Origin: Puniceicoccaceae bacterium
GTDB taxonomy: Bacteria; Verrucomicrobiota; Verrucomicrobiia; Opitutales; Oceanipulchritudinaceae
Reading direction: 5' to 3'
Assembly: GCA_040830765.1 (NCBI GenBank)
Contig: JBFOMH010000002.1
Coordinates: 1 to 64,000, forward strand
DNA: 64,000 nt
Shown: positions 10,083-20,254 of the stretch, piece after piece
How positions within the stretch are numbered: position 1 is the stretch's first letter
How the letters are laid out: every line of letters begins with the position of its first letter
The notes under the pieces: model-generated
Told to the model about the DNA's origin: nothing
Database searches by the model: none
Seen by the model: only the letters and a program-made list of their open reading frames with translations
Made by a program: the position numbers and the translations under genes

Positions 10083-11489
10083 ATGGCCCAGCCAAAAAAA
10101 CCCAGTCTCGACTCTGTCACCTCGATCAACGAGGACGGATCCCGTTTTATCATCCACCCGGCCGACGCCCACGGGAACTTCAAGCGCTGGCGGCGTCTCA
10201 CCGCCCTGCTGCTCATCGGGATTTATATCCTCCTGCCATGGGTTCCGATCAACGGCTATCCGGCGATATTCCTCGATGTCATTGAGCGTCGTTTCCACCT
10301 CTTTGGATTCACCCTGGCCGCCCAGGACATGTGGCTGCTCTTCTTCCTCGTATCCGGGGTCGCCTTCACCCTGTTCTATATAACCGCCTTCCTCGGTCGC
10401 ATCTGGTGTGGCTGGGCCTGCCCGCAGACGGTCTTCCTGGAGCATGTCTACCGGCGCATCGAGCGCTGGATCGAGGGGGACGCCCCCAAGCGGCGTCAGC
10501 TCGATGCTGCCCCATGGGATGGAACCAAGCTTTGGAAGCGGATTCTCAAGCATTCCCTCTTCATGATCATCTCGGGACTGATTGCCCACATGTTCCTGGC
10601 CTATTTTATTTCCATTCCCCAGCTCTGGCAATGGATGCACGAGGCCCCGACGGAACACTGGGGGGCTTTTGTCTTCGTCTTTGTGGCTACCCTTGCCATC
10701 TATCTCAATTACACCTGGTTCCGCGAGCAGCTCTGCATCGTCATCTGCCCCTACGGACGTTTTCAGTCCGCCCTCATTGATGACGACACCCTCAATGTGG
10801 CTTACGATTACCAGCGCGGGAATCCGCCCGGCCACGTCAAGGATCAGGAGGCGGGCGACTGCATCGATTGCAAGCGCTGCGTGCAGGTTTGCCCGACCGG
10901 AATTGACATCCGCCAGGGCCTGCAACTGGAGTGCATCGGCTGTGCCGCCTGCATGGATGCCTGCGACGAAATCATGGACAAGGTGGAGCGGCCGCGCGGC
11001 CTTATCCGCTATGCTTCCGATCGCAGCCTCGAGGGACATGCCACCCGCTGGATCCGTCCCAGGACAATCCTCTACACGGGTCTCCTCTTTCTCGGAATCG
11101 CGGTTGCCGGATTTGCCCTGACCTCGGTGGAGAATGTCGTCGCCATGACTACCCGGATGCCGGGCGCTCCCTTCTATGTGACGGACACCCATGTCCGCAA
11201 CCAGTTCCAGATACGGGTGGTCAACAAGGCCACCGTCGACACTACCTTCAACGTCATGGTCCAGGCCAGTGGTCTGACCGTTCCCGTTGAGACCTCCGGT
11301 TTCGAGAACGGGGTCACCGTCACCCCGATGGACGAACGCAACGGGACCTTTGTGGTCCAGGTTCCCCGGGAGTCCTTCGAGGGTTCGTTTCCCTTCTTGA
11401 TCGAAATCGAGGCGGAACCGGGAGGTGCCCGCATTGTCCGGGAAGTGGAGTTCCTTGGTCCCGATCCACGCCTTCTCAAGGGCGATTGA
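10083..11489 (+). CDS. ccoG: Cytochrome c oxidase accessory protein CcoG/FixG
   Basis: GRIWCGWACPQT, CIVICPYGRFQ, CIDCKRCVQVCP, CIGCAACMDAC. Confidence 0.95.
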   Translation: MAQPKKPSLDSVTSINEDGSRFIIHPADAHGNFKRWRRLTALLLIGIYILLPWVPINGYPAIFLDVIERRFHLFGFTLAAQDMWLLFFLVSGVAFTLFYITAFLGRIWCGWACPQTVFLEHVYRRIERWIEGDAPKRRQLDAAPWDGTKLWKRILKHSLFMIISGLIAHMFLAYFISIPQLWQWMHEAPTEHWGAFVFVFVATLAIYLNYTWFREQLCIVICPYGRFQSALIDDDTLNVAYDYQRGNPPGHVKDQEAGDCIDCKRCVQVCPTGIDIRQGLQLECIGCAACMDACDEIMDKVERPRGLIRYASDRSLEGHATRWIRPRTILYTGLLFLGIAVAGFALTSVENVVAMTTRMPGAPFYVTDTHVRNQFQIRVVNKATVDTTFNVMVQASGLTVPVETSGFENGVTVTPMDERNGTFVVQVPRESFEGSFPFLIEIEAEPGGARIVREVEFLGPDPRLLKGD

Positions 11490-11498
11490 TTCAGAACC

Positions 11499-11654
11499 GT
11501 GAGCCAGGCAGATCAGGCGAAACCGAAAAAGCGCAGCCGCAGCCTCTGGCTGTGGGTCATCCTGGCATTCCTTGTCCTGGCCGTGGCATGGACCACCCTG
11601 ATTGTCATTGCGGCCAACAATCAACCGGAGTTGATTGAAATCGAGACGCCTTAG
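11499..11654 (+). CDS. Small single-TM protein, FixH/CcoH N-terminus-like (51 aa; not in ORF track)
   Basis: Read by hand from GTG: MSQADQAKPKKRSRSLWLWVILAFLVLAVAWTTLIVIAANNQPELIEIETP; occupies the ccoH position. Confidence 0.6.
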   Translation: MSQADQAKPKKRSRSLWLWVILAFLVLAVAWTTLIVIAANNQPELIEIETP

Positions 11655-11670
11655 GGCTTAATCTAGAAAC

Positions 11671-12003
11671 ATGTCTGCCCATCTCATATTCCTGTTCCTC
11701 TTCCAGAGTGGCCTCGCCTTTGCCTTCAGCTACTTCATTACCCGGATTCTCCTGGGCGGGAACGAGGGAGGCTCCCGTGAGAGCATGCTGACCGGAATCC
11801 GGAAAATCCGCCTTATTGTCGCCGCCTTCACGGTCATCCTGCCCCTGGCCATGTTTTTCGCCTACATGAAGAGCCTGCCCGAGGGTGCGTCCCTCTCCCT
11901 GGCCGTCTGGCCGGCGGTATGGATCTTCATGATCCTGGCCGCGGTTATCCTTGCCCTCAGCCTGGCTATGCGGAGCAAGCCTGCCGGACCCAGCGAGCCA
12001 TGA
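11671..12003 (+). CDS. Hypothetical 3-TM membrane protein in the cco cluster
   Basis: Three hydrophobic segments; stop overlaps next start (ATGA). Confidence 0.65.
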   Translation: MSAHLIFLFLFQSGLAFAFSYFITRILLGGNEGGSRESMLTGIRKIRLIVAAFTVILPLAMFFAYMKSLPEGASLSLAVWPAVWIFMILAAVILALSLAMRSKPAGPSEP

Positions 12004-12698
12004 TCGACACCTCCCTGATAACGGGTCCCTGGCCGGCATTTGTCGCCGGCTTGGTGACCAGCCTGCATTGTGCGGGGATGTGCGGCCCGCTGGCCTGTTA
12101 CCTATCCCCGCAGCCGGGATCCGGGACTTCCTTCACGACTGTCACCAGCCTCTACCAGGCCGGTCGTCTCCTTTCCTACACCCTGGTTGGAATCCTTGCC
12201 GGCGGACTGGGTATGGTGGCCCTCGGCTGGGTGGATATCTACCAGCATTCCCTCTCCCGCTTCCTGCCCTGGGTATTGGTTGTCTTCTTCCTCCTTGTTG
12301 CCTTGCGGGCGGACAAGTACTTCCGCAAGCCGGCCTTCCTGAGCGCCGCCCTTGGGCGCTGGCAACGCAAGGCCCACAAGCTGCCACGACCGGCTGCCGG
12401 GCTGGCAATTGGTCTCCTGACCCCGCTACTTCCCTGCGGGCCCCTCTATGCCGTATTCGGCCTTGCCCTGATGACCCAGTCCCCCGCCCGCGGGGGTGAG
12501 TTTCTCCTCCTTTTCGGCCTCGGGACATTACCCCTTCTGTGGGTAGTTCAGGCAGCTTTCAACCGCTGGCAATCCGCCATTACCCCTGTAGCGATTTCCC
12601 GGATACAGCGCGGCCTGGCCCTGGTGGTGGCGATTATCCTCGGGATTCGCCTCTACCTTTTTGAAACCGGCCAGCACGGCCTTTTCTGCGGGAGCTGA
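12000..12698 (+). CDS. DsbD_2/TauE-like membrane protein, cbb3 biogenesis-associated
   Basis: SLHCAGMCGP, YQAGRLLSY, LLPCGPLY, FGLGTLP. Confidence 0.88.
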   Translation: MIDTSLITGPWPAFVAGLVTSLHCAGMCGPLACYLSPQPGSGTSFTTVTSLYQAGRLLSYTLVGILAGGLGMVALGWVDIYQHSLSRFLPWVLVVFFLLVALRADKYFRKPAFLSAALGRWQRKAHKLPRPAAGLAIGLLTPLLPCGPLYAVFGLALMTQSPARGGEFLLLFGLGTLPLLWVVQAAFNRWQSAITPVAISRIQRGLALVVAIILGIRLYLFETGQHGLFCGS

Positions 12699-15085
12699 TG
12701 GAGAAGGCTGCCTCCTACAAGCCCTGCATTCACTGCGGGACTCCCTTCTCGACCGTGGTCAGGCAGGATTCGGAATTTTGCTGCAATGGATGCGAGTATG
12801 TCTACCGCCTGATCAAGGAATCCGGCCTGGATCAATATTACGACCTGCGCGACCGGCGCATCAATCCCGTCCAGGCCTCAGCCCTGCAGCCGCGTGACTA
12901 CACCTGGCTGGAAACCCGGGTCGCTTCCGTTGAAGCGGGGGCGAAGGGGACAGCCGGTACGGTCCTTGATCTGGAAGGCATCTCCTGCATTGGCTGTGTG
13001 TGGCTGATTGAGAAAGTCTTCCGGGATCAACCCGGTGCCGTCCGCATCGAGATAAACACCCAATACGGGCAAGTCCGGCTGCAATGGCGGCCGGGCGTTT
13101 TCAACGTGGTCGACTTTGCCCGGGAGATCCAACAGTTCGGCTATGTGCTGGGGCCGCCAGGCGAACGCCCGCAGGAAGAGAGCCGGCGCCTGGTCGGGAA
13201 AATTGGCCTCAGTGGGGCCTTTGCCCTTAACGCGATGCTCTTCACCCTGCCCCGCTACCTTGGCATGGAGCCGGACTTTTCCCTGGCCCCGGTGTTTGAA
13301 CTGCTGAGCCTGCTCTTTGCCACATTGGCACTGCTGGCCGGAGGGAGCTACTTCATAAAACGAGGGGTACAGGGTATCTTTCAGGGCGTACTCCACATCG
13401 ACTTCCCCATCGCCCTGGGAATTGTCATTGCCTGGGCCGGATCAGTCATGGGCTGGATTCTCGGGGACGCCCGTTTCCTTTACTTCGATTTTGTCGCCAT
13501 CTTCATTTTTCTCATGCTCATCGGCAGATGGGTCCAGGAACGGACCCTGGAGCGCAACCGCAACCAGCTGCTGAGCAGGAACAAGGCCCCCCAGGAAGTC
13601 CACCTGGTGGGTGATGACCTGCAGTCGGAAAAGAATGTCGCCCTGGAAGCGCTACGGGCCGGAGAACGCTTTCGTGTCCTGCCGGGAGAAGTAGTCCCCG
13701 TGCTGGCTGAACTGGAATCGAACAAGGCCGCCTTCTCCCTGGAGTGGATCAACGGTGAATCAGACATGCGAACCCTTGAAGGCGGCCACTACGTCCCCTC
13801 TGGGGCCCAGAATATCGGGATGGAGCCCATTCTCCTGAAAGCCCGGCAACCCTGGGCTGATTCCCTTCTGTCGCGTCTTCTGGAGGCACATCCGGACGAG
13901 CAGCGAAATCCTTTCCTGGAGAAAGTCCTCAAGCGTTACCTGGTTGCCGTTCTGGTCATCGCGGCTGCCGGTGGCCTTGGTTGGACCCTACTGGCGGGGC
14001 AGCCCTTGACGGCCCTCCAGGTCATGCTCTCAATCCTCATTGTCTCCTGTCCCTGTGCCCTTGGTGTGGCTTGGCCCCTGGCCCAGGAGCGGGCTATCCT
14101 GCAGCTGCGCCGCTCGGGGATATTTGCCCGTTCGCCACTGCTCTTCACCCGATTGGCCGGGATCCGGCAAGTGGTCTTTGACAAGACCGGGACCCTGACC
14201 CTGGAAGCCCCGCAGCTATCCAACCCGGGGACGCTGCAGGAATTGCACCCACTGGACCAGTCCGTCCTCAGGGAAATGGTCAAAAGCTCCCTCCATCCAG
14301 TCAGCCGGGCACTGCGGGAGGCCTTCCTGCAGGTTCCCATGGAGCACGTCTCCCTGCCGGAGGACCTAAACATTTCCGAGGATGTCGGCATGGGCCTGAT
14401 AGCGAGGACTGAGGGTGCCTTTTGGACCTTGGGTCGTCCGGGGTGGAAGGCTCCGGAGGGTGAGGACCTCTCCCATGCCGGCGACTGCGCTTTCCGCAAG
14501 GACGGATCGCTGATGGCAGGTTTGAGGTTCGGTGAAGCGCTGCGGGAAGATGCCCGCGATAGTGTCGCCTGGCTGAGGAAACACTTCTCTGTGACTATCC
14601 TCTCGGGGGATCGTCTCGAAAAGGTCAGGGCCATGGCGCAACAGTTGGAGCTGCCCGGGGAGGCAGCAGTGGGTGAGCAATCCCCTGAGGAAAAAGCCCG
14701 GTTTGTCGAGGCCATGGCCGGCGAAGCCCTCTATGTGGGAGACGGGGCCAATGACGCCCTCGCTTTTTCCAAGGCTGCCGTCCGTGGGACGCCAGCCACG
14801 CCTCACGGCCTCCTGCAGGACAAGGCGGACTTCTACTTTACCGGTCGCAGCCTTGCCGGGCTGCTTGAATTGTTTCGCGTTCGCGTTTTGCGTCAGCGCG
14901 CAATCCGGCTGGCCTTCGGGTTTGCTGTCGCTTACAACATAGCGGTTGTACTGGTGGCGCTGGCCGGTCACATGCACCCGTTGCTGGCCGCCATCCTCAT
15001 GCCCCTCAGTTCCCTGACCACCATCACACTTGTAGCGGCAATTTATCGGCAGGGTGAAAAGGCGGGTTCAGGCTTGAACAGTTGA
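12698..15085 (+). CDS. ccoI: P1B-type Cu-transporting ATPase CcoI/FixI
   Basis: CIHCG and FCCNGC N-terminus, CIGC, SCPCALG, DKTGT, HP, GDGAND, MPLSS. Confidence 0.92.
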   Translation: MEKAASYKPCIHCGTPFSTVVRQDSEFCCNGCEYVYRLIKESGLDQYYDLRDRRINPVQASALQPRDYTWLETRVASVEAGAKGTAGTVLDLEGISCIGCVWLIEKVFRDQPGAVRIEINTQYGQVRLQWRPGVFNVVDFAREIQQFGYVLGPPGERPQEESRRLVGKIGLSGAFALNAMLFTLPRYLGMEPDFSLAPVFELLSLLFATLALLAGGSYFIKRGVQGIFQGVLHIDFPIALGIVIAWAGSVMGWILGDARFLYFDFVAIFIFLMLIGRWVQERTLERNRNQLLSRNKAPQEVHLVGDDLQSEKNVALEALRAGERFRVLPGEVVPVLAELESNKAAFSLEWINGESDMRTLEGGHYVPSGAQNIGMEPILLKARQPWADSLLSRLLEAHPDEQRNPFLEKVLKRYLVAVLVIAAAGGLGWTLLAGQPLTALQVMLSILIVSCPCALGVAWPLAQERAILQLRRSGIFARSPLLFTRLAGIRQVVFDKTGTLTLEAPQLSNPGTLQELHPLDQSVLREMVKSSLHPVSRALREAFLQVPMEHVSLPEDLNISEDVGMGLIARTEGAFWTLGRPGWKAPEGEDLSHAGDCAFRKDGSLMAGLRFGEALREDARDSVAWLRKHFSVTILSGDRLEKVRAMAQQLELPGEAAVGEQSPEEKARFVEAMAGEALYVGDGANDALAFSKAAVRGTPATPHGLLQDKADFYFTGRSLAGLLELFRVRVLRQRAIRLAFGFAVAYNIAVVLVALAGHMHPLLAAILMPLSSLTTITLVAAIYRQGEKAGSGLNS

Positions 15086-15109
15086 TGGGCTTCTCCAAAT
15101 CTCAGGAAC

Positions 15110-16657
15110 GTGCCAGACGCTGTTGAGAGATTCCGAAAATTGACCGGAAGAAAGGGAGGCAAGCCACTGAGGAAGAAAAAGGTGCGCCCTCCCATTCCAG
15201 GACGGGAGAACGCCTTGGTTGGGCTGATCCTCCTGAACGTCCTCTGGCTCTGTTTTGCCCTTGGAGGAGTTCGTCTCTGGGGGGAGTCGACGGCGCTGCT
15301 CTTGTCCCTGGGCACCCTCTTTCTATTGCCGAAGTGGAACACGGGGGAGATTGAAGGTAGCCGCAGTCCCGTGTTCCGGTTGCTCTACTCGCCCCTGTTC
15401 CTTTGTGGCCTGGCCCTTTACGTCTATTTTTTCATCCAGTCATGGAACCTTGCCTGGTACTGGACTGTGGAAAATGGCCGGCCCCAGGTGATTTCCCGGC
15501 AACCCCTTGTCGACTGGCTGCCAACGGGAATTTCCTCTCCCCTTGAGGAAAGCAATCCGCTGAGGGCGATGCTTTTCTACACCATTCCCTGGATTACCTG
15601 CAGCAGTGCATGGGTCGGCTTGAACACCCGCCGGTCCGTCACCCGCCTGCTCAACGGACTCGCCCTCATCGGGGTGGCTTTCGCGGTCCTGGCACTCCAC
15701 CAGCACTTTACCGGCAAGGAACGCATTCTCGGCCTGTTCCCCACGGTACCCTCAAAGTTGACACGGGAAATTCCCTTCTGGGGCACCCTCATCAACGAGA
15801 ACCACGCCGCTTTCTTCCTTATCATCGCGACCGGACTGTGCCTTGGCCTATTCCTTTCCGGTTGGCACCGCGACTTGCGCCGTTTCAAGCGCAGCGGAGG
15901 CATCTGGCTGCTCTATCTCGGCTTTGCCATGGTAACGACCTTTTCCGTCCTCCTGGCCCAGGCCCGGGGGGCCATCGGTTTTCTGGTCTTGCTTTGGCTG
16001 GTCTTTTTCATCCTCTGCAGCATTTTCTTCATTCGTCGATTCGGGCTTGTCGGCTTTGCCTTTCCCGGGGTGTTCCTCCTTATCGTGGTCTTCACCGGTG
16101 TCAGTTTCATTATCAATCCAGATGTATTCGAGCGGCAAAAGGAGGAGTGGATCCGGACCTTTGATCTGGTCGAGAATCCAGAACTTGAGGCGAGGTATTA
16201 CATGATGCTCATTACCAGCGACCTCATTGCCGAAAAGCCTTGGTACGGCCATGGCGCCGGCAGTTGGCGCTATGTCCACTTGCAACACCTGGATAAGTAT
16301 CCGGAGTTCCGGACCAAGCGGGTGAAGTGGCTACCTAATGAATTTACCGGCAAGAGGGAAAGACGGACTATCACCACCTGGTATAAGAATGCTCATGTCG
16401 ACTTGATGGAGTATATCGTCGACTGGGGAATCATTGGATGCCTCTTCCCCCTTTTCGCGGGGCTTTGGCTGCTTTACCGTGGCCTGCGGGCGCACCGGGG
16501 GTGGGACCTCGGTCTTGGAATGATGCTGGCCACGGTTTTTGTCATTTTTATGGGAGCGACGGTTGAATTCCATTTGCGGATACCCCTGGTGATCCTCGTC
16601 TGGTGTCTCCTTTTTACCCTGACAATCAAGCTTGCCGAGTTGCAGGATCCCGCCTGA
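15110..16657 (+). CDS. O-antigen ligase/Wzy_C family membrane protein
   Basis: Many TMs; NENH, QARG, GHGAGSW and NAHVDLMEYIVDWGIIG. Confidence 0.78.
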   Translation: MPDAVERFRKLTGRKGGKPLRKKKVRPPIPGRENALVGLILLNVLWLCFALGGVRLWGESTALLLSLGTLFLLPKWNTGEIEGSRSPVFRLLYSPLFLCGLALYVYFFIQSWNLAWYWTVENGRPQVISRQPLVDWLPTGISSPLEESNPLRAMLFYTIPWITCSSAWVGLNTRRSVTRLLNGLALIGVAFAVLALHQHFTGKERILGLFPTVPSKLTREIPFWGTLINENHAAFFLIIATGLCLGLFLSGWHRDLRRFKRSGGIWLLYLGFAMVTTFSVLLAQARGAIGFLVLLWLVFFILCSIFFIRRFGLVGFAFPGVFLLIVVFTGVSFIINPDVFERQKEEWIRTFDLVENPELEARYYMMLITSDLIAEKPWYGHGAGSWRYVHLQHLDKYPEFRTKRVKWLPNEFTGKRERRTITTWYKNAHVDLMEYIVDWGIIGCLFPLFAGLWLLYRGLRAHRGWDLGLGMMLATVFVIFMGATVEFHLRIPLVILVWCLLFTLTIKLAELQDPA

Positions 16658-16685
16658 TGCCCGTTAATGCTTTGCTTCCTCCCGC

Positions 16686-18716
16686 ATGAACTGGTCTCCT
16701 ATCGATTTCAAGAACGAGCTCAATGATGAGCAATACGCCGCCGTGACCGCCGAACCAGGGCCCGCCTTGGTGCTGGCCGGTGCAGGCTCAGGTAAAACCC
16801 GTACCCTGACCTACCGCGTCGCCTGGCTGCTTCTGGAAAAGGGCTTGTCTCCCGATCAGCTCTTGTTGCTGACCTTCACCAACAAGGCCGCCCGGGAAAT
16901 GATTGAGCGGGTCCAGCAGCTGACCGGCCTTGGCCAGACGCCCCGCTGGAGCGGGACCTTCCATTCCATCGGGGGCCGCATCCTCCGCCGTCATGGTCAT
17001 CACATCGGACTTTCCCCAAGCTACACCATCATGGACCAGTCGGATTCCGAGTCCCTCATGACGACTGTCATCAAGGAATCGGACAAGGCCTTCCTGAAAA
17101 ACAAGGAACATCCCAAGGCCAAGGTCATTCACAGCCTGCTCTCCTACGCCCGAAACACCCAGGAACCCTTTGAGGAAATCTTCATGCAGCGCTATCCCTG
17201 GCATGAGCGAATTGCCGCCCAGGTGAACGGGTTCGTAAAGCTCTACGATACCGCCAAGCGGGAGCAGCAGGTGTGCGACTATGACGACCTGCTCGTGCTC
17301 TGGCTGCGCCTGCTGGAGGAATTCAAGGAAGTGCGGGAAGGCTGCCAACGTCACTTTCCCTTCATCCTCGTCGACGAGTACCAAGATACCAACATTATCC
17401 AGGCGAATATCATCGATGCCATCGGGGCCAGCCACAACATCATGGCCGTCGGCGACGATGCCCAATGCATCTACACCTGGCGAGGTGCCCAGTATGAAAA
17501 CATCCGCAGCTTTCCCGAACGCCACCCGGGCACACGTATCTATAAAATCCTGACAAACTACCGCAGCACGCCACCGATCCTCGAACTGGCCAACAACGTT
17601 CTGGCCATGCAACCGGGCGATGCCGGCTACCCCAAGGAACTGGTGGCCAACCGCAAGGGGAACGTAAAACCCTACGTTGTCCCTCTGGTTGACACGCGCG
17701 CCCAGGCACAGTTCCTGGTCTCCCGGATTGAGGGACTCTATGACGAGGGGGTTTCGCTTTCCGACATCGCCATCCTCTACCGGGCCCATTACCAGGCCCT
17801 TGACGCGCAACTGGAGTTCACCCGGCGAGGTATTCCTTTTATCATTACAAGCGGACTGAAGTTTTTCGAGCAGGCCCACATCAAGGACTTCGTGGCCCAG
17901 CTTCGCATCCTTGCCAATCCGGATGATTCACCGGCCTTCGAGCGGCTCCTTTGTCTCCTGCCTAAGGTCGGGCCAGCGACTGTCCGCAAGTGCCGCGACG
18001 CCGTTGGCAAGGCCCTGGCCAAGCAACTCAAGGACCACCAGGCCACGGGGGACCTGTTCCAGGACGGCCCGGTTAATGATCCCGACTTCTTTACAGCGCT
18101 CGCAGCGGATGAGGTGGCGATGAAGATTCCAGCCGACGCCCGGGAGGATTTCAAGAGTCTCGCGGCTACTTTCCTCGAGGTTCGCCCCCTCTTGAATAAG
18201 GAGGAAGCCGTACCCCCATCACGGATTGTCGAGCAGGTTATGGACGGCTGGTACGGCGACTACATCCGCAATGTCTATCCAGACTGGGAAAACCGGCAGG
18301 AGGACCTGCAGTCGATTATCAATTTCGCCTCCCGCTTTGACACCATGGCCGAATTGCTGGCCCAGCTGGTCCTGATGAATTCGGAGACCTCCGACAAGCA
18401 GATCGAGCCGGCCGACAACGCGGTCCGGATGTCAACCATCCACCAGGCGAAGGGACTGGAGTACCCTGTTGTCTTCCTCATCTCCAGCGCGGATGAATGG
18501 CTGCCCATCCGGCGGGCCATCGAGGAAGGCGATATTGATGAAGAACGGCGGCTCTTTTACGTCGCCATCACCCGGGCCATGAACGAGCTCTACATCTCCT
18601 TCCCGATGATGCACATGGTCCGCGGAGGGGGTGTCCAACGGCTCATGCCGAGCCGCTTCCTTCAGGAAATCCCGAAGGAAAACTACGAGAAGCTCTCCTT
18701 CCGCTCGGCCTGGTGA
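16686..18716 (+). CDS. UvrD/PcrA-family SF1 DNA helicase
   Basis: AGAGSGKT, VDEYQD, VGDDAQCIY, NYRST, TIHQAKGLE, EERRLFYVAITRA. Confidence 0.95.
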   Translation: MNWSPIDFKNELNDEQYAAVTAEPGPALVLAGAGSGKTRTLTYRVAWLLLEKGLSPDQLLLLTFTNKAAREMIERVQQLTGLGQTPRWSGTFHSIGGRILRRHGHHIGLSPSYTIMDQSDSESLMTTVIKESDKAFLKNKEHPKAKVIHSLLSYARNTQEPFEEIFMQRYPWHERIAAQVNGFVKLYDTAKREQQVCDYDDLLVLWLRLLEEFKEVREGCQRHFPFILVDEYQDTNIIQANIIDAIGASHNIMAVGDDAQCIYTWRGAQYENIRSFPERHPGTRIYKILTNYRSTPPILELANNVLAMQPGDAGYPKELVANRKGNVKPYVVPLVDTRAQAQFLVSRIEGLYDEGVSLSDIAILYRAHYQALDAQLEFTRRGIPFIITSGLKFFEQAHIKDFVAQLRILANPDDSPAFERLLCLLPKVGPATVRKCRDAVGKALAKQLKDHQATGDLFQDGPVNDPDFFTALAADEVAMKIPADAREDFKSLAATFLEVRPLLNKEEAVPPSRIVEQVMDGWYGDYIRNVYPDWENRQEDLQSIINFASRFDTMAELLAQLVLMNSETSDKQIEPADNAVRMSTIHQAKGLEYPVVFLISSADEWLPIRRAIEEGDIDEERRLFYVAITRAMNELYISFPMMHMVRGGGVQRLMPSRFLQEIPKENYEKLSFRSAW

Positions 18717-18722
18717 GCCTGG

Positions 18723-19676
18723 CTAGACCTCGAAATCATCCACTTCCCGGTAGGCCTTGATGAGGCGGCGCTCGCCCGCCGCACCCTCCTGGCTGATGCC
18801 GTGTTCCATGCCGATAATCCCGGTGTAGCCCTTGGAATGGATATGCTTGAAGACGTTGAGGTAATTGATCTCACCCGTGGTCGGTTCCTTGCGTCCGGGA
18901 TTGTCTCCCACCTGGAAGTAGGCGATTTCGTCCCAAGCGCGGTCGATGTTGGGAATAAGGTTCCCTTCGGTGATCTGCTGGTGATAGAGGTCGTTGAGAA
19001 TCTTGCAGGCCGGGCTGCCGACGGCCTTGCAAATCTCATAAGCTTGGGGGATGCGGGTCAGGAAGAGTCCCGGATGATTCATATGGTTGAGCGGCTCAAG
19101 GACCATCACCAGGCCGGCCTTTTCAAAGATCTCCGCACAGAACTTCAGGTGGTCGACTACGTTGGCGGTCTGGTAACCCTCTTCCAGAGACGGGTCCCAT
19201 GCCCCCGGCACGACCGTGGACCACTTGGCATTGACCCGCTTGGCGGTTTCCACGGCTTCGGTGAAGCGCTTCTGCAACATTTCGCGGATACCGGCCTTGT
19301 CCCGCTTGACCCGGCCCCGCTCATTGAGCATTCCGTTCCCGGCCATGGTCGGGTTCTTGAAATCCCCATAGGTCACAAAGACCCCCATCGTCATGCCGAG
19401 GCGCTCCAGTTCCTTGCCGATGCGAACCTGGTCCGCAACCGGGCGATTCATCATCTGGTTGTCTTCAATGGCCCGGAATCCCTGGTCGTGCATGAAGCGG
19501 AGTTGATCGACGGGATCCTCTCCACCGAGGTTCTTGAAATGCCGGAATCCCGGGGCGTAGTTCAATTTAAAGGGAGTACTCATATCCTTGTTGGGTTGTC
19601 CTGAGACAGATTGACCGGAAATGCCGAGAGCAGCACCTGCCAGCAGTCCTGATTTTGTGAAGTCGCGACGGTTCAT
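18723..19676 (-). CDS. Tat-exported hydroxypyruvate isomerase-like TIM-barrel protein
   Basis: MNRRDF Tat motif; LEPLN, DLYHQQITEG, DNPGRKEPTTGEIN. Confidence 0.85.
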   Translation of the reverse strand: MNRRDFTKSGLLAGAALGISGQSVSGQPNKDMSTPFKLNYAPGFRHFKNLGGEDPVDQLRFMHDQGFRAIEDNQMMNRPVADQVRIGKELERLGMTMGVFVTYGDFKNPTMAGNGMLNERGRVKRDKAGIREMLQKRFTEAVETAKRVNAKWSTVVPGAWDPSLEEGYQTANVVDHLKFCAEIFEKAGLVMVLEPLNHMNHPGLFLTRIPQAYEICKAVGSPACKILNDLYHQQITEGNLIPNIDRAWDEIAYFQVGDNPGRKEPTTGEINYLNVFKHIHSKGYTGIIGMEHGISQEGAAGERRLIKAYREVDDFEV

Positions 19677-19756
19677 GGAATGGATTTATGATCAGGAAAC
19701 CACCAACTGGCAATTATTTAGCTGATCCGGCGATGGGCTATTCCCCATCCCCTGCC

Positions 19757-19785
19757 TTGACGACCTCCGGGGAATGGGAAATGAT
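19757..19785 (+). promoter_or_regulatory. Candidate sigma70-type promoter, leaderless geometry
   Basis: TTGACG-N17-AATGAT then 7 nt to ATG 19793. Confidence 0.5.
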
Positions 19786-19792
19786 AAGGTTC

Positions 19793-20254
19793 ATGCAGCG
19801 GTTCACCTATCTATTGGCCTTTATTCTTCTGCCACTGGTGCAGCTTCCCGGGATGGCAATTACCTCCGCCTACAGCCGTTACTATGAGGACGGCGAGATC
19901 CGGCCCATCGGACAGTATTTCGGGGCCAAGCTAACCGGGCAGGGCTTCCGCACCGTTACAGCCAGCCAACCGGACCAGCCGGCCGGACAATACTTCATCG
20001 CCAAACTTGAGGAGGCGGGCAACGCCGGTGTGGTCAAGGCGCGCATGGCCTACTTCATTTCCGACCGCAAGGAAGCGGAAACCTTTGAATGGGATTTGTC
20101 GGGTGAGGACCTCCGGGGATGGCTCTATCTAGGCCTGACCGGCGCGGATTGGCCATCGGAGGATATCCAGCCACTGGCCTGGAAAATCGAGCTCCTCGAC
20201 GGGAGCGGTAGGCTTCTCGTCGAGTGGAAAAGTTTCCTTTGGGAAATGCCGTGA
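19793..20254 (+). CDS. Hypothetical exported protein
   Basis: Signal-like N-terminus; ends WKSFLWEMP; GTGA overlap with next gene. Confidence 0.7.
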   Translation: MQRFTYLLAFILLPLVQLPGMAITSAYSRYYEDGEIRPIGQYFGAKLTGQGFRTVTASQPDQPAGQYFIAKLEEAGNAGVVKARMAYFISDRKEAETFEWDLSGEDLRGWLYLGLTGADWPSEDIQPLAWKIELLDGSGRLLVEWKSFLWEMP

